Positions 18,801-28,049 are shown, numbered from the stretch's first letter. The stretch is 64,000 nt of DNA from an uncultured Clostridia bacterium (GCA_937895935.1 CALBKX010000015.1:31079-95078), one strand, 5' to 3'. Notes: a model not told the origin generated them from the letters alone. Translations and numbers: made by a program.

Positions 18801-19403
18801 TTAATATTCCATATACTTACTAAAATCAATATTTTCAAAAATAAATTCTTTTCTAGGCAGAACATCTTCTCCCATTAAGTCCTCTAATAATTTATCTACT
18901 TCTGGTTCGTATTCTAATATATCTAATTTTTGATTTTCTTCTGTAAACATTGCTTCTTCCATTTCGTCTGCACTCATAGAACCTAAGCCTTTCGCAGAAA
19001 TAATTGTGCCACCACGATATTTTTCTTGTTTTTCTCTTTCTGAATAATAATAATATCGTTTATTGCCTTTTGTTTCAATAAACAAAGGTGCTCTAAGCCA
19101 GCAAAGTCGATTTTCTTTTAAGAATTGTGGGCAAAGTTTATAAATTGCCGCCATTAATAATAATGAGATGTGGCTGCCATCTAAATCCCCATCAACGCAA
19201 ATTCCAATTTTACCATATCTTAATTTTTTAGGGTTATAATTATTTATATCAATTCCCATAGCATAAAGTAAAAGTTTAATTTCTTCGTTTGCTAAATACT
19301 TTTCTTCTGTATTGGAAAGACAATTAATAATCTTCCCTTTTAATGATAGTAAGCCAAATTTATCTACTTTTCTGGCTTTTGCTACCATGGATGCTGCGGA
19401 GTT
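18801..19403 (-). CDS. Type II topoisomerase subunit B (GyrB-like), exon 3 (Toprim C-terminal part)
   Basis: Begins NSAASMVAKARKVDKFGLLSLKGKIIN, collinear with [27 protein letters not shown]. Contains DGDLDGSHI (DxD). Confidence 0.75.
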   Translation of the reverse strand, partial: NSAASMVAKARKVDKFGLLSLKGKIINCLSNTEEKYLANEEIKLLLYAMGIDINNYNPKKLRYGKIGICVDGDLDGSHISLLLMAAIYKLCPQFLKENRLCWLRAPLFIETKGNKRYYYYSEREKQEKYRGGTIISAKGLGSMSADEMEEAMFTEENQKLDILEYEPEVDKLLEDLMGEDVLPRKEFIFENIDFSKYMEY

Positions 19404-19595
19404 CGCATAAAATGCTGACTATTTCTTTAGTAATTCACTACTTACCGTTTCAGGCTATGTGTCAATAATAGCCTTACTCCTCGACAAAGAGGATAGTCGA
19501 TACAGGATTTTATTCCCACGAGATTTTACCCTCGTTAGCTATTTAATAAAATAACCTCATTGACAAATGACAAAATAAGTAAGGGCGACCCAACC
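19404..19595 (-). mobile_element. ORF-less mini group I intron (192 nt) inside the Toprim EGxSA motif
   Basis: Exon 2 ends CVEG (ggt, U). The intron ends in G (19404). The splice gives VEG|NSAAS. Contains gactat (19430 region) and atagtc (19491 region). Exon lengths 340+938+603 = 1881 nt, in frame. Confidence 0.7.
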
Positions 19596-20533
19596 ACCCT
19601 CAACACACAGGAGAATAGAATTTTCTCCTAATTCTTCAGAATCTTTCAATTTTTCAATAAAAGCTAACTTACTTTTTCTTAATTCTTTCATTTCTTGACT
19701 GTGGTTCAAAACCGCTTCTCTTGCTTTATCAGCTGCCCGTTCAGCTTTATCCACTTGTAGCAGCAAAGTAATTACTTGATTAAAATCTTTTTGTCTTTTA
19801 ACAGAAAATTCTTTTAAGCATTCTGAAATAGCCGCTGATGTAGCTGTTCCTGCTTCTGGATTAGCTAAAGAAGTTTTCTGTTGATTACTCCATTGACCTA
19901 CTCGAACTTTTACAGATACAAAACCACTTAAAACATTTCTGATTAAATCGCCGTTAAATTTAGTATGAGCCAAAGCATTAAAAGTTCTTGTTAAAGAAGA
20001 TTTAAAGGCACTAATAAATCGTCCACCATCTTTTACATACAAAGAATTGGCATAACCTTTAATTTCTCCTCTTTTTTGAACCCATTGTAAAGCCAATTCA
20101 ACTTTACAATCAGCTGTTTCGTAATGATAAGAAAAAGGTTTAGATAAAGCATTCTTATTATTAATTCCGTCAATTAGCCCATTTTCAGAATAAAATTCGG
20201 TTATTTCTCCATCGACTACTAACTTAAATTTTAGCCCTTTAGAAAAATAACTCATATTTTTTAACATTTCTTTTAGTGATTCAACATCAATAAAAATGTT
20301 TCCATATACTTTTGTATCTGGGACATAAGTAATTTTTGTTCCAGTTTCTTTTGTTTTTCCAATAATTTTTACATCATCATCTGCTACAGCTCCTTCATCA
20401 TTAGAATGAAACTTTTGATAATAGATATTATTATCTCTTTTGACTTCTACTTCAAGCCATTCTGCTGTATGACAAACAATTTTGTTTCCTTCCAGTGCCC
20501 TTCGCAATAGTTCATTACTACTGTTGCCGCAAA
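19596..20533 (-). CDS. Type II topoisomerase subunit B (GyrB-like), exon 2 (transducer domain)
   Basis: Collinear with the GyrB transducer. Ends with the Toprim E of LCVEG. Confidence 0.7.
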
Positions 20534-21339
20534 CGCTGCTATATATTGCTATATAGATTAGACTATATCTTTAAGATAATTCTTACTTCGCATTATTTAA
20601 TGCTACTCTACTAAAACATTCTTGAAAAGATATGTTTAATAGCTGTTCCATATTAACATATTCTTTTTCAAGTAAAATTTTTTCGATAGTCGTTGAACGC
20701 TCATCAATTAGATAACCATTTTCTTTCATTTTCTTAATTCTAAATAAAATTGCTTCCCTCAGAATTTGGTTTAAATCGTAATTATATTTTTTTAATGAAA
20801 AAGTTTTTGTTCTTTCTTTTGCTCGCCAGCCGAATCCCTCTATCCATATTGGCTTACCTTCTGTCCAACTTACTCTTATTCTTTGGTATTTTCCATTGTC
20901 TTCATATCTTATCCCATTAAAATTAAATTTATTTGCGACAGTTGTGCTTTGATTCTTTTTATTTAAGCTAGATGATACTAATCTTAAATTACTTTTTTGA
21001 TTATTAAGCCCATTTTTATCTATATGGTCAACTAAAATCTTATTATCTGTAAGACCAAGTATCCATCTATGCATCCGACCATAAGTATCATGAATAGCAT
21101 ACACAGTTTTTCTGTCATGAGAACAATCACTTCTTTTATATCCAGTTAAATACCAACCTTTTTTGGGAATTCTTTCATAATCTTCATCGTCCAGCAGAAC
21201 TTCTGCTCCGCAAGTTAAAATAAATTTTTTCATACAACACCTCTTTAATGAGGTTATCTAATTGTGAACGCTGCTGATTGTCCCATAGGGAGTTTCCAGC
21301 AATTCAAGAATTTTTACAATGGCTCAGGTTAACCATTAC
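20534..21339 (-). mobile_element. Group I intron with HNH-AP2 homing endonuclease gene in the gyrB-like gene (boundaries approximate)
   Basis: Exon 1 is open only to ...SSAIGCNG*. The proposed splice (gga t|tt tgc) gives AIGFCGNSSNELL, aligned to GLHGVGASVVNALS. The 3' 34 nt are near-identical to nrdD intron 1. The intron ends in G (20534). Confidence 0.6.
20583..21233 (-). CDS. HNH homing endonuclease with AP2-like DNA-binding domain (intron-encoded)
   Basis: VDHIDKNGLNNQKSNLRLVSSSLN (HNH_3) and an IRYEDNGKYQRIRVSW (AP2-like) strand. Confidence 0.7.
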   Translation of the reverse strand: MKKFILTCGAEVLLDDEDYERIPKKGWYLTGYKRSDCSHDRKTVYAIHDTYGRMHRWILGLTDNKILVDHIDKNGLNNQKSNLRLVSSSLNKKNQSTTVANKFNFNGIRYEDNGKYQRIRVSWTEGKPIWIEGFGWRAKERTKTFSLKKYNYDLNQILREAILFRIKKMKENGYLIDERSTTIEKILLEKEYVNMEQLLNISFQECFSRVALNNAK

Positions 21340-21679
21340 ATCCAATAGCAGATGAATAAGCTCCTTCTTCGTGCTTACCGCCACTATGCGGAATAAGAAA
21401 GGCAGCAGTTAAAGAATTAATTCCATCTTCTCTTTTACCTACTGGAATCCCTCTAAATTCATCCTTAACAGTAATTGTTCTATTTTTTGTATCTAAAGTA
21501 ATTTCACAAACAGAATTGGGTTTTGGATAAACTTCGTATTCATCTTGAACATTTACGATTAATTCTCGAAGTCCAAGATTGATTGCTTCTTGCTTTTCAC
21601 CAGTCAAATACATTCCCAATTTTTGTCGAAATGCTTTCCCAGCACTAAGTGTTTTTATATCATTAGCACCATAACTCAC
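21340..21679 (-). CDS. Type II topoisomerase subunit B (GyrB-like), exon 1 (GHKL ATPase N-terminus)
   Basis: RQKLGMYLTG, LRELIVNVQDE (N-box) and DEFRGIPV (G1 region). GTG start with RBS GGGAGG. Confidence 0.75.
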
Positions 21680-21709
21680 TGTATCTACCTCCCTTACTTT
21701 TCTATTATA

Positions 21710-21738
21710 ATTATACTATAATTAGGCTTCTTTTTCAA
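21710..21738 (-). promoter_or_regulatory. Sigma-A type promoter (TTGAAA-17-TATAAT)
   Basis: The rc reads ttgaaaaagaagcctaattatagtataattataatagaaaag. Confidence 0.55.
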
Positions 21739-22276
21739 TAATTTCTTTACCGTAAATACTTAAAAATTTCTTTAAATTATCTTCACTTAACATAATGTTC
21801 TTGTGCTCTAAAAAGAATTCTTCATTATCGATTTTCCATTTTTTATCTTTATTGTATAAATAAAGCGGTGTGGTTATAGGTCTTAATAAATTGCGGCTAC
21901 TAATATCTGGAAAATCTTTTAGTAAAGCAATTTTATGTTCTTTTGGATAAAATTCTTTACAAACAGCTTGAATATAAGTTGCCCATTCTGGTGTTCCTAA
22001 ACCATATTTTTCTAGATTTATTTTATATCCTTCAGGCAAACATTGTCCACAAAATCTACAATCATGGCAAGTAAAAACACCGCCATGCTTATCCATAAAC
22101 TCTTGAACATTATAATATAGTTTTTTAGATAAATTATATTTTTTTACAATAGTGTTATACATTTTATTAGAAAAATGCTGATAACCCAATTTTTTCAAAA
22201 ACTCTGTTTTAGTTCTGGAAGCCCTAAATATCTTTTTTATTTCATCTTCTGAAAAATTGTTATAAATTGCCGCCAA
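21722..22276 (-). CDS. Hypothetical Cys-rich protein (CHDCRFCGQC)
   Basis: ORF between nrdG and the gyrB-like gene. No assignable family. Confidence 0.4.
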   Translation of the reverse strand: MAAIYNNFSEDEIKKIFRASRTKTEFLKKLGYQHFSNKMYNTIVKKYNLSKKLYYNVQEFMDKHGGVFTCHDCRFCGQCLPEGYKINLEKYGLGTPEWATYIQAVCKEFYPKEHKIALLKDFPDISSRNLLRPITTPLYLYNKDKKWKIDNEEFFLEHKNIMLSEDNLKKFLSIYGKEIIEKEA

Positions 22277-22287
22277 AATACCACCTC

Positions 22288-22839
22288 TTACAAGAAAATT
22301 TTGTTATGATATTGCTCGACATCATTTGGATAAATTTCTTTAAAATATTCTTGAGAAATATTTAAAAAATAAGTGTCTTTGTTTTCATAACACTGTTGAT
22401 TATAAGAACCTCTCAAATCTAATCCTTTTAAGACTTTAGTTTTATCAAATCTTCCATCAATAATATAGTTAAAATAAGATAACTTGTCTTTTGGATATAG
22501 TTCTTTTAATTCTTTCATTGTATAACCGCTATAGCAAATAATTTTTTTATTTAATTCTTTGACTCTGCGGCACAGATTTAAAACAGTTTCAATATTTTCT
22601 TTTTCAACTGGATTACCGCCGGATAACACAAAATAAGAAATATGAGGAGACTTTAGTTTGTCTAAAATCTCCTCGATAGTATTATTTGTAAATAGTTTTC
22701 CGCCATTAAAATCCCATGTTTGTTTATTATGGCATTCGGAACAATGTAAATGACATCCACTAACAAATAAAGTTATAGAAATGCCATGACAATTTCCCGT
22801 ATCAAAATTTATGATTTCGTTATAGTTCATTAGCATCAC
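22288..22839 (-). CDS. nrdG: Anaerobic ribonucleotide reductase activating protein (radical SAM)
   Basis: GISITLFVSGCHLHCSECHN CxxxCxxC cluster. Size and neighbourhood with nrdD. Confidence 0.75.
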   Translation of the reverse strand: MMLMNYNEIINFDTGNCHGISITLFVSGCHLHCSECHNKQTWDFNGGKLFTNNTIEEILDKLKSPHISYFVLSGGNPVEKENIETVLNLCRRVKELNKKIICYSGYTMKELKELYPKDKLSYFNYIIDGRFDKTKVLKGLDLRGSYNQQCYENKDTYFLNISQEYFKEIYPNDVEQYHNKIFL

Positions 22840-22843
22840 ACCT

Positions 22844-23553
22844 TTAGATTGTATATAATTTTTCAGTAATAAAAAACTTCTTTTGATGACTTAAAGACCT
22901 ATTACATTCTTTTTCCCAAATGATTTTAAAATCATTTGGCATTGTCATTTCGCTAATAAAAATTTTATTATTTTTAGAATTGGTTCTTACCCAGTCGTAA
23001 AAATTTCTATAATTAAAATCAATATCATAATATTGCTTTTTACTTTCTCGATATGGAATATCACAATATATTAAACAATTATTAAGTTTTAATTCATCAT
23101 AAGATTTTGCTTCAAAAATACAATTCTTAATTTTTAAAAAACTTTCTTTTACTGATAAATAATGCTCTTTTTGATATAATCGCTGACCACCATCTTTAGC
23201 ATAAGAACCCCACATTCTCCCATTATAACTTGGCACAAACATCATATAGCCATAATAATAATCTGGATATTTCCCATCTTTTAATTTAAAAGAATTTTTA
23301 ACCTCATTATAATGCTCCGCCCCAAAACTATTAGGTTGCGGCATTTCCCATCCGTCTTGTAAAGCTTTATAAAAGGCAATCAGATATTTATTAATATCGT
23401 AAAAATATCTGATTGAAAAATTAATATTTTCCATTATATTGCCGCCCCTCCAAATGGTTCTACATAAGCTGAATATTTTCCAGTATCCAGCTCTTTTTGT
23501 AGAATCGGGCAAATATATTTCGCCAATTTCTTTTTACCACCTACATAAACCAT
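22844..23553 (-). CDS. Dam-like (D12 class) N6-adenine methyltransferase interrupted by a 1-nt frame change
   Basis: ATG 23553 gives MVYVGGKKKLAKYICPILQKELDTGKYSAYVEPFGGAAI* (stop 23434-23436). The -1 frame continues GGNIMENINFSIRYFYDINKYLIAFYKAL...CDIPYRE. The frame change is at the G4 run (C4 on plus, 23445-23448). Confidence 0.6.
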
Positions 23554-23843
23554 TAAAACACCTCTACATAAACTCTTCTATTAGGTAAATCAATCCATGG
23601 TTTAAAATTCTCTTTATAAAAATCATACCTTACACTACTTTCAATGTCAAGAATTTCACCATTCTCAGTTTCTTTAATTTCATTAGGGTATAATAAATAA
23701 AAACTACAAGGAGTTTCATTTAACTTTCCTAAATAACTTTCATAATACTCTTTAATATCCTTTCTTAATAATTTTGGATAAATAAAGCTATGAATATGAT
23801 ATTCAACTTTTTCTTCTCTCTGAATTTGTAATAGAATTAGCAT
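23553..23843 (-). CDS. Hypothetical protein (96 aa)
   Basis: ORF. Its stop overlaps the Dam start (TAATG). Confidence 0.4.
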   Translation of the reverse strand: MLILLQIQREEKVEYHIHSFIYPKLLRKDIKEYYESYLGKLNETPCSFYLLYPNEIKETENGEILDIESSVRYDFYKENFKPWIDLPNRRVYVEVF

Positions 23844-24273
23844 TTTTAAGTTCGTGTTCCTTTCTTCTTTGAATTTTTCTTTGTGTATAATATTCTTTTA
23901 GTTTTATTGGACATCTGTTTTTCCAAATGATTTTTTCTTTTCCCTCTTTTAGTCTCGCATCATCATTAAATAATGTTCGCCACTCTTCTGTCATAAAATA
24001 CTCAAGCTGAAAAAGAAATTGTTCTAACTCATATTTTTTTAAAGAATCGGTTTCTGTTTTTAGTGCTTTTCTATATCTATCATAAGCACGTTCAATTACA
24101 GTGGGGATGTTTCTATCAAAAACTTTGTTGTTTCTAGAAAAAGCTTTAGAATCTTTTAGAATTTTATTCCAAAACTTTACCCCAAAAGGACTATCATAAT
24201 CATGAATTCTTTGGTTCTCTTTTACTAAATTTTTAATTACATTTTTCTTTGTTCTCTTAACTCTATTTTCCAT
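23803..24273 (-). CDS. Hypothetical basic protein (156 aa)
   Basis: ORF with RBS and a promoter upstream. Confidence 0.4.
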   Translation of the reverse strand: MENRVKRTKKNVIKNLVKENQRIHDYDSPFGVKFWNKILKDSKAFSRNNKVFDRNIPTVIERAYDRYRKALKTETDSLKKYELEQFLFQLEYFMTEEWRTLFNDDARLKEGKEKIIWKNRCPIKLKEYYTQRKIQRRKEHELKNANSITNSERRKS

Positions 24274-24333
24274 AATTAACTCCTTTTTTAAATTTTATTT
24301 ACTATTATCCTCCTTTCTTAATTTTCTATAATT

Positions 24334-24362
24334 AGTATAGCATAAAAAAGAAGAGAAATCAA
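24334..24362 (-). promoter_or_regulatory. Sigma-A type promoter (TTGATT-17-TGcTATACT); the -35 lies in the terminator loop
   Basis: The rc reads ttgatttctcttcttttttatgctatactaattatagaaaatt. Confidence 0.55.
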
Positions 24363-24378
24363 ATAGAGATTTCTCTTC
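24343..24378 (-). terminator. Rho-independent terminator after nrdD
   Basis: 11-bp hairpin gaagagaaatc/gatttctcttc followed by U6 on the minus strand. Confidence 0.75.
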
Positions 24379-24404
24379 AGGTTTGAATACTGATATTATT
24401 CTTG

Positions 24405-25934
24405 TTAATTTAAATGTTTTACTCTATTATAAACATCCGCCGCACGTCCTTCTTTTACATTATTTAGAGTTGTTAAATAACCGCAAATACGCCAAGAAGT
24501 TCTTACTCTATCTGTCTCGCCACATTTAGGACATTGCCATTTAATTTCTCCGCCATTCATAATCTTTTTAAAGTCATAGCCCATAAATAAACAATCCGGA
24601 TTTTCACATTGAGAAACTTCACTATTAACTTCAGCATATAAACAATTATTACCAATATGTTCAATTATTTCTAACATAGCATCAAGATTATTTGATAAAT
24701 TAGGAACTTCTATATATGAAATACTGCCCCCTTGTGTTTTATCACTAAATTGTGCTTCTGCTGTTAATTTACTAAAAGCATCAATTTTTTGAAAAACTGG
24801 TATATGATAACCATTTGTTAAATATTTTCTTTGAGTTCCATCACCTACTTGTTCAAAATCTCTTAAACAGGCTTTAGCGAATTTATCAGTCAAGGATTCG
24901 GCGGGTGTAGCATATAAAGCAATACTTACATTGACTTTATCCCCAAAACTTTTATTCTTATCATTAAGGTAATCTAAAATTTTATGTGCTAATATTCTAC
25001 CTTTGCCTTCCCAATGATTTCCTCCTGTAATGTATTTTACACATTCATAAAGTCCCATATACCCAAGAGTGCAAGTATAAAATCCACCATAAACTAATTT
25101 TTCAAGATTATCTTCTGGATTTAAACGTGCCATACCACCATAAACCCAAAGTAAAGGACAAGCTTTTGCTTTTATTTTTGCTACATGATTGATTCTCCAA
25201 ACCATATCTTGATAAGCAATATCTAAATAATGGTCAAGATTTTTAAATAAAATCTCTTCAGAACGCTCTTTGTTGTTTTCCATTGCTATATACGGTAAAT
25301 TTAAAGATTGAACTCCGCAATTCCCTCTGCCATATACTTGTAATTTTCCAGTTTCTGGATTAACCCATGGAGAAAGGAGTGCTCTACATCCCATGCTTGG
25401 AGTAGCAATCCCTTTCAATTCCATGTGTTTTTTAACACTCATATAATCTGGAACAAGTCTTTTTGCTGAACATTCAGCACACATTTTTGTTATTTCGTAG
25501 TATTTTCCACCTTTCATAGTATCTTCATCAAGAAAATAAAGAATTTTTGGGAAATTAGGATTTACTTTTAAACCACTTTTATCTTTTACGCCAGAAATTC
25601 TTTGCTTTAACATTTCTTTAAAAATTAGAATTAAATCATCTGTATATTCAGGCTCTTCATTCAAATAAACAGAAACAGTTAAAAAAACAGCTTGCCCAAC
25701 AGAACTACAAAGAGTTGAATTTTGATAATCAAAACACTGCATTCCTTGCTCGATTTCTTTAGATAATCTTTTATTTACAATTTTTGCTTTAGTCTTTTTA
25801 AAATCAAAATTGTGCATCTCATTATTAGAAAAATTATCTAACACAAAATAGATTTCATCTTCAACTTCAGCTTCAATTTTTTTTCGGCTAGCATTAACAA
25901 ATTTGGCAAGATGCAATAAATTAATAGTGCAACC
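24405..25934 (-). CDS. nrdD: Anaerobic ribonucleoside-triphosphate reductase, exon 3 (glycyl radical domain)
   Basis: Begins GCTINLL, continuing ...SYG|G. C-terminal zinc cysteines CENPDC...CPKCG and glycyl radical motif RICGYL. Confidence 0.85.
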   Translation of the reverse strand, partial: GCTINLLHLAKFVNASRKKIEAEVEDEIYFVLDNFSNNEMHNFDFKKTKAKIVNKRLSKEIEQGMQCFDYQNSTLCSSVGQAVFLTVSVYLNEEPEYTDDLILIFKEMLKQRISGVKDKSGLKVNPNFPKILYFLDEDTMKGGKYYEITKMCAECSAKRLVPDYMSVKKHMELKGIATPSMGCRALLSPWVNPETGKLQVYGRGNCGVQSLNLPYIAMENNKERSEEILFKNLDHYLDIAYQDMVWRINHVAKIKAKACPLLWVYGGMARLNPEDNLEKLVYGGFYTCTLGYMGLYECVKYITGGNHWEGKGRILAHKILDYLNDKNKSFGDKVNVSIALYATPAESLTDKFAKACLRDFEQVGDGTQRKYLTNGYHIPVFQKIDAFSKLTAEAQFSDKTQGGSISYIEVPNLSNNLDAMLEIIEHIGNNCLYAEVNSEVSQCENPDCLFMGYDFKKIMNGGEIKWQCPKCGETDRVRTSWRICGYLTTLNNVKEGRAADVYNRVKHLN

Positions 25935-27075
25935 CAATAATATAAAGGTTTTTTAATTACCCTTATATTTTAGACTATTTCTTGTAATCTTTTTGGTTGA
26001 TTACCGATGTGTTTCAAACATTGCCACCAATGTCCTACAATTAGTCGTTACAATTATTTATTAATTTTATATTATATTTTTCGGGAGTTTCTAAATATCT
26101 ACGAACTTGAGTTTCAGATTTTCCCATAAATTTTGATAAAGCTGCGACACTTTTAAATTCATATTTGTCTTTGTAAATAATTTTGTCAAAAATAAATCTT
26201 CGTTTTATAACTGGTTTTCTATTTAATTCTCTATAGGAATGAAGATTGTTTTCAGATTGTGAAACCCATTCTAAATTAATAGATTTATTGTTAGTAATAT
26301 CACCGTCTTTATGATTAATAGTGTTATGTTTTTCATCATGACCTTCGCAAAAGGCAAATCCCACTAATCTTGCAACTTGGTATATTTTAGATTCATTATT
26401 TTTACTTAATACTGCTTGTAGTCTACCACTTATAGGGTTTACACAATATCTTAAAAGAATTTCTTCATTCAAATATTTTGTTTTTATTCTGCCATAATTT
26501 GACACTTGATAATTCTCATATCCTAAAATTTCTTTCCAAATTTCTCCGTCAATTAAATTGTCTTTTAATAAAATTTTATTATTACTTTGCTTTGTTTCAG
26601 AATTCCTTTTTTGCCATTCTTTGTAAGCTTTTTGAAGCACCTTGTCATATTTAAACAATCTGACAAGACTATCATTACTTATTTTTATTTCTTTGGCAAT
26701 ATTTGTAATAGTATTGTTTCTACCAAGTTGAGAAATTATGTATTGTTTATATTCATTTAATATTTTTTCATTTTTCGGCGTTAAATGCATTTTAGATTGA
26801 TTTTGAGGAAAATTCCATTCTTTAATTTTTTTTCCAACTATTCTTCTATCTATTTCAAGTAGTCGAGCTATATAAGTTTTGGTTCTCCCCTCGTTTGTAT
26901 ATAATTGATAGATAGTATTTCTTAAAAGTTCGCATTTTTCTTTATTTGTCATCTTGTATTCCACCTTAAATTAATAAATAATCACGAGATTAGCTTTTCC
27001 ATCCTACCTCGTTAGCTGCGATACGCAACCCCGTTTTGACGGTTAACATCGTTTTGATACGGCAGTTTATTTTAA
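25935..27075 (-). mobile_element. Group I intron (1141 nt) with HNH/NUMOD homing endonuclease gene in nrdD
   Basis: Exon 2 ends tac ggt (U). The intron ends in G (25935). Contains tagactat (25969 region) and tagtcg (26041 region) pairing partners. Confidence 0.75.
26041..26964 (-). CDS. HNH homing endonuclease with NUMOD4-like and HTH modules (intron-encoded)
   Basis: YQVSNYGRIKT (NUMOD4) and INHKDGDITNNKSINLEWVSQSENN (HNH_3). Confidence 0.7.
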   Translation of the reverse strand: MEYKMTNKEKCELLRNTIYQLYTNEGRTKTYIARLLEIDRRIVGKKIKEWNFPQNQSKMHLTPKNEKILNEYKQYIISQLGRNNTITNIAKEIKISNDSLVRLFKYDKVLQKAYKEWQKRNSETKQSNNKILLKDNLIDGEIWKEILGYENYQVSNYGRIKTKYLNEEILLRYCVNPISGRLQAVLSKNNESKIYQVARLVGFAFCEGHDEKHNTINHKDGDITNNKSINLEWVSQSENNLHSYRELNRKPVIKRRFIFDKIIYKDKYEFKSVAALSKFMGKSETQVRRYLETPEKYNIKLINNCND

Positions 27076-27237
27076 ACCGTATGAATTTCCGGTAATATGA
27101 CTTAAGATTTGAGTTGTAATAGTGCAAGCAGTTAAAAAACTTTTTGGCTTTTCAATCCATCTGCCACCTAATTCAAAACCATTTTGTAATAACTCATCAA
27201 GATTTAATAATCTACAATTTTCCCATTTATATTCACA
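27076..27237 (-). CDS. nrdD: Anaerobic ribonucleoside-triphosphate reductase, exon 2 (54 codons)
   Basis: CEYKWENCRLLNLDELLQNGFELGGRWIEKPKSFLTACTITTQILSHITGNSYG matches the NCxLxDL...GF...PKS...A core of NrdD. Not in the ORF track because it lacks a start codon. Confidence 0.8.
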
Positions 27238-27496
27238 CAGTCATTTCTGTGCCGTTCTCTTATGAACTGCTATATATTACTATATAGATTAGACTATATC
27301 ATCAACTTAAAACAAGTTGTCCACTTTTTCGTTTTATTTAAAAAACTACTCATTTCTGATAGTCGTTAGGCTTTTAAAATTTAGCACGGCAAGTTATCTT
27401 CTTTAATTGAAATTGTATTAAAGACTTTCTCCGTTTAAATAGATTTTTCTAATATTCTCACGAACATTAGGCACAGCTTTTATTTATGCTTCTAAA
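27238..27496 (-). mobile_element. ORF-less group I intron (about 259 nt) in nrdD; the 5' boundary could be 3 nt either way
   Basis: Exon 1 is open to ...FHDMSYSFRSINKSCA*. The intron ends in G (27238). The splice HDMSYS|CEYKWENC restores E. coli-like spacing between HD and NC. Shares a 34-nt 3' block with gyrB intron 1. Confidence 0.75.
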
Positions 27497-27973
27497 AGAA
27501 TAGGACATATCATGAAAATATACTACTCCTCTATCATGAGCTTCTAAAGCATCTTTAGGTAAAGCTTCACGCATAGCTTCTTTACTGGGGATTTCTGCCA
27601 AATACGAATTTTTGATATGAGTTAATTCAGTATCTTTGTTAGCATTTTCTTCTTTTACTTCTTTTGTAGAATAAAGAACTTTTTCAATTTCTGTAGGATT
27701 TTTATTAATTCGCTCTTTATTAATTTTATAATCAGAATACTGTCTTGCTATATCAGGAGCTTTATCATAGAGAACACTCATAACGATATTTTCTATTTCG
27801 CTATTAGATACGGCATCCTTTCCTTTCATTACTACTTTAGTTGTAATTTCATTAGTTAAAGAATCAATAAAATCAAAATCCGGCAACTTAATTTGATTAG
27901 CCGCTTGAATGATTGCTCTTCTAATTTTATTACTGTCATATGGTATTTCTTTATTATTTTTAATTACTACCAT
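27497..27973 (-). CDS. nrdD: Anaerobic ribonucleoside-triphosphate reductase, exon 1 (ATP-cone)
   Basis: ATP-cone VIKNNKEIPYDSNKIRRAI. Ends at the HD of the conserved HDxxxY region. Confidence 0.8.
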
Positions 27974-27996
27974 AAGACCACCTCCTTATATTAATA

Positions 27997-28025
27997 ATTA
28001 TAGCAAAAAATATAAAGAGAGTCAA
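27997..28025 (-). promoter_or_regulatory. Sigma-A type promoter for nrdD (TTGACT-17-TGcTATAAT); the -35 lies in a terminator hairpin (28009-28040)
   Basis: The rc reads ttgactctctttatattttttgctataattattaatataagg. The hairpin is aagagagt/actctctt. Confidence 0.6.
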
Positions 28026-28049
28026 GAAAACCTCAACTCTCTTTTTAAT

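Noticed and set aside
18801-21679. Reading the three GyrB-like ORFs as three separately translated subunits
   Set aside because: The breaks fall inside catalytic motifs. The middle fragment has no plausible start at its true N-terminus. The inserts share intron family sequences. U|...G| splicing restores one 627-codon in-frame protein.
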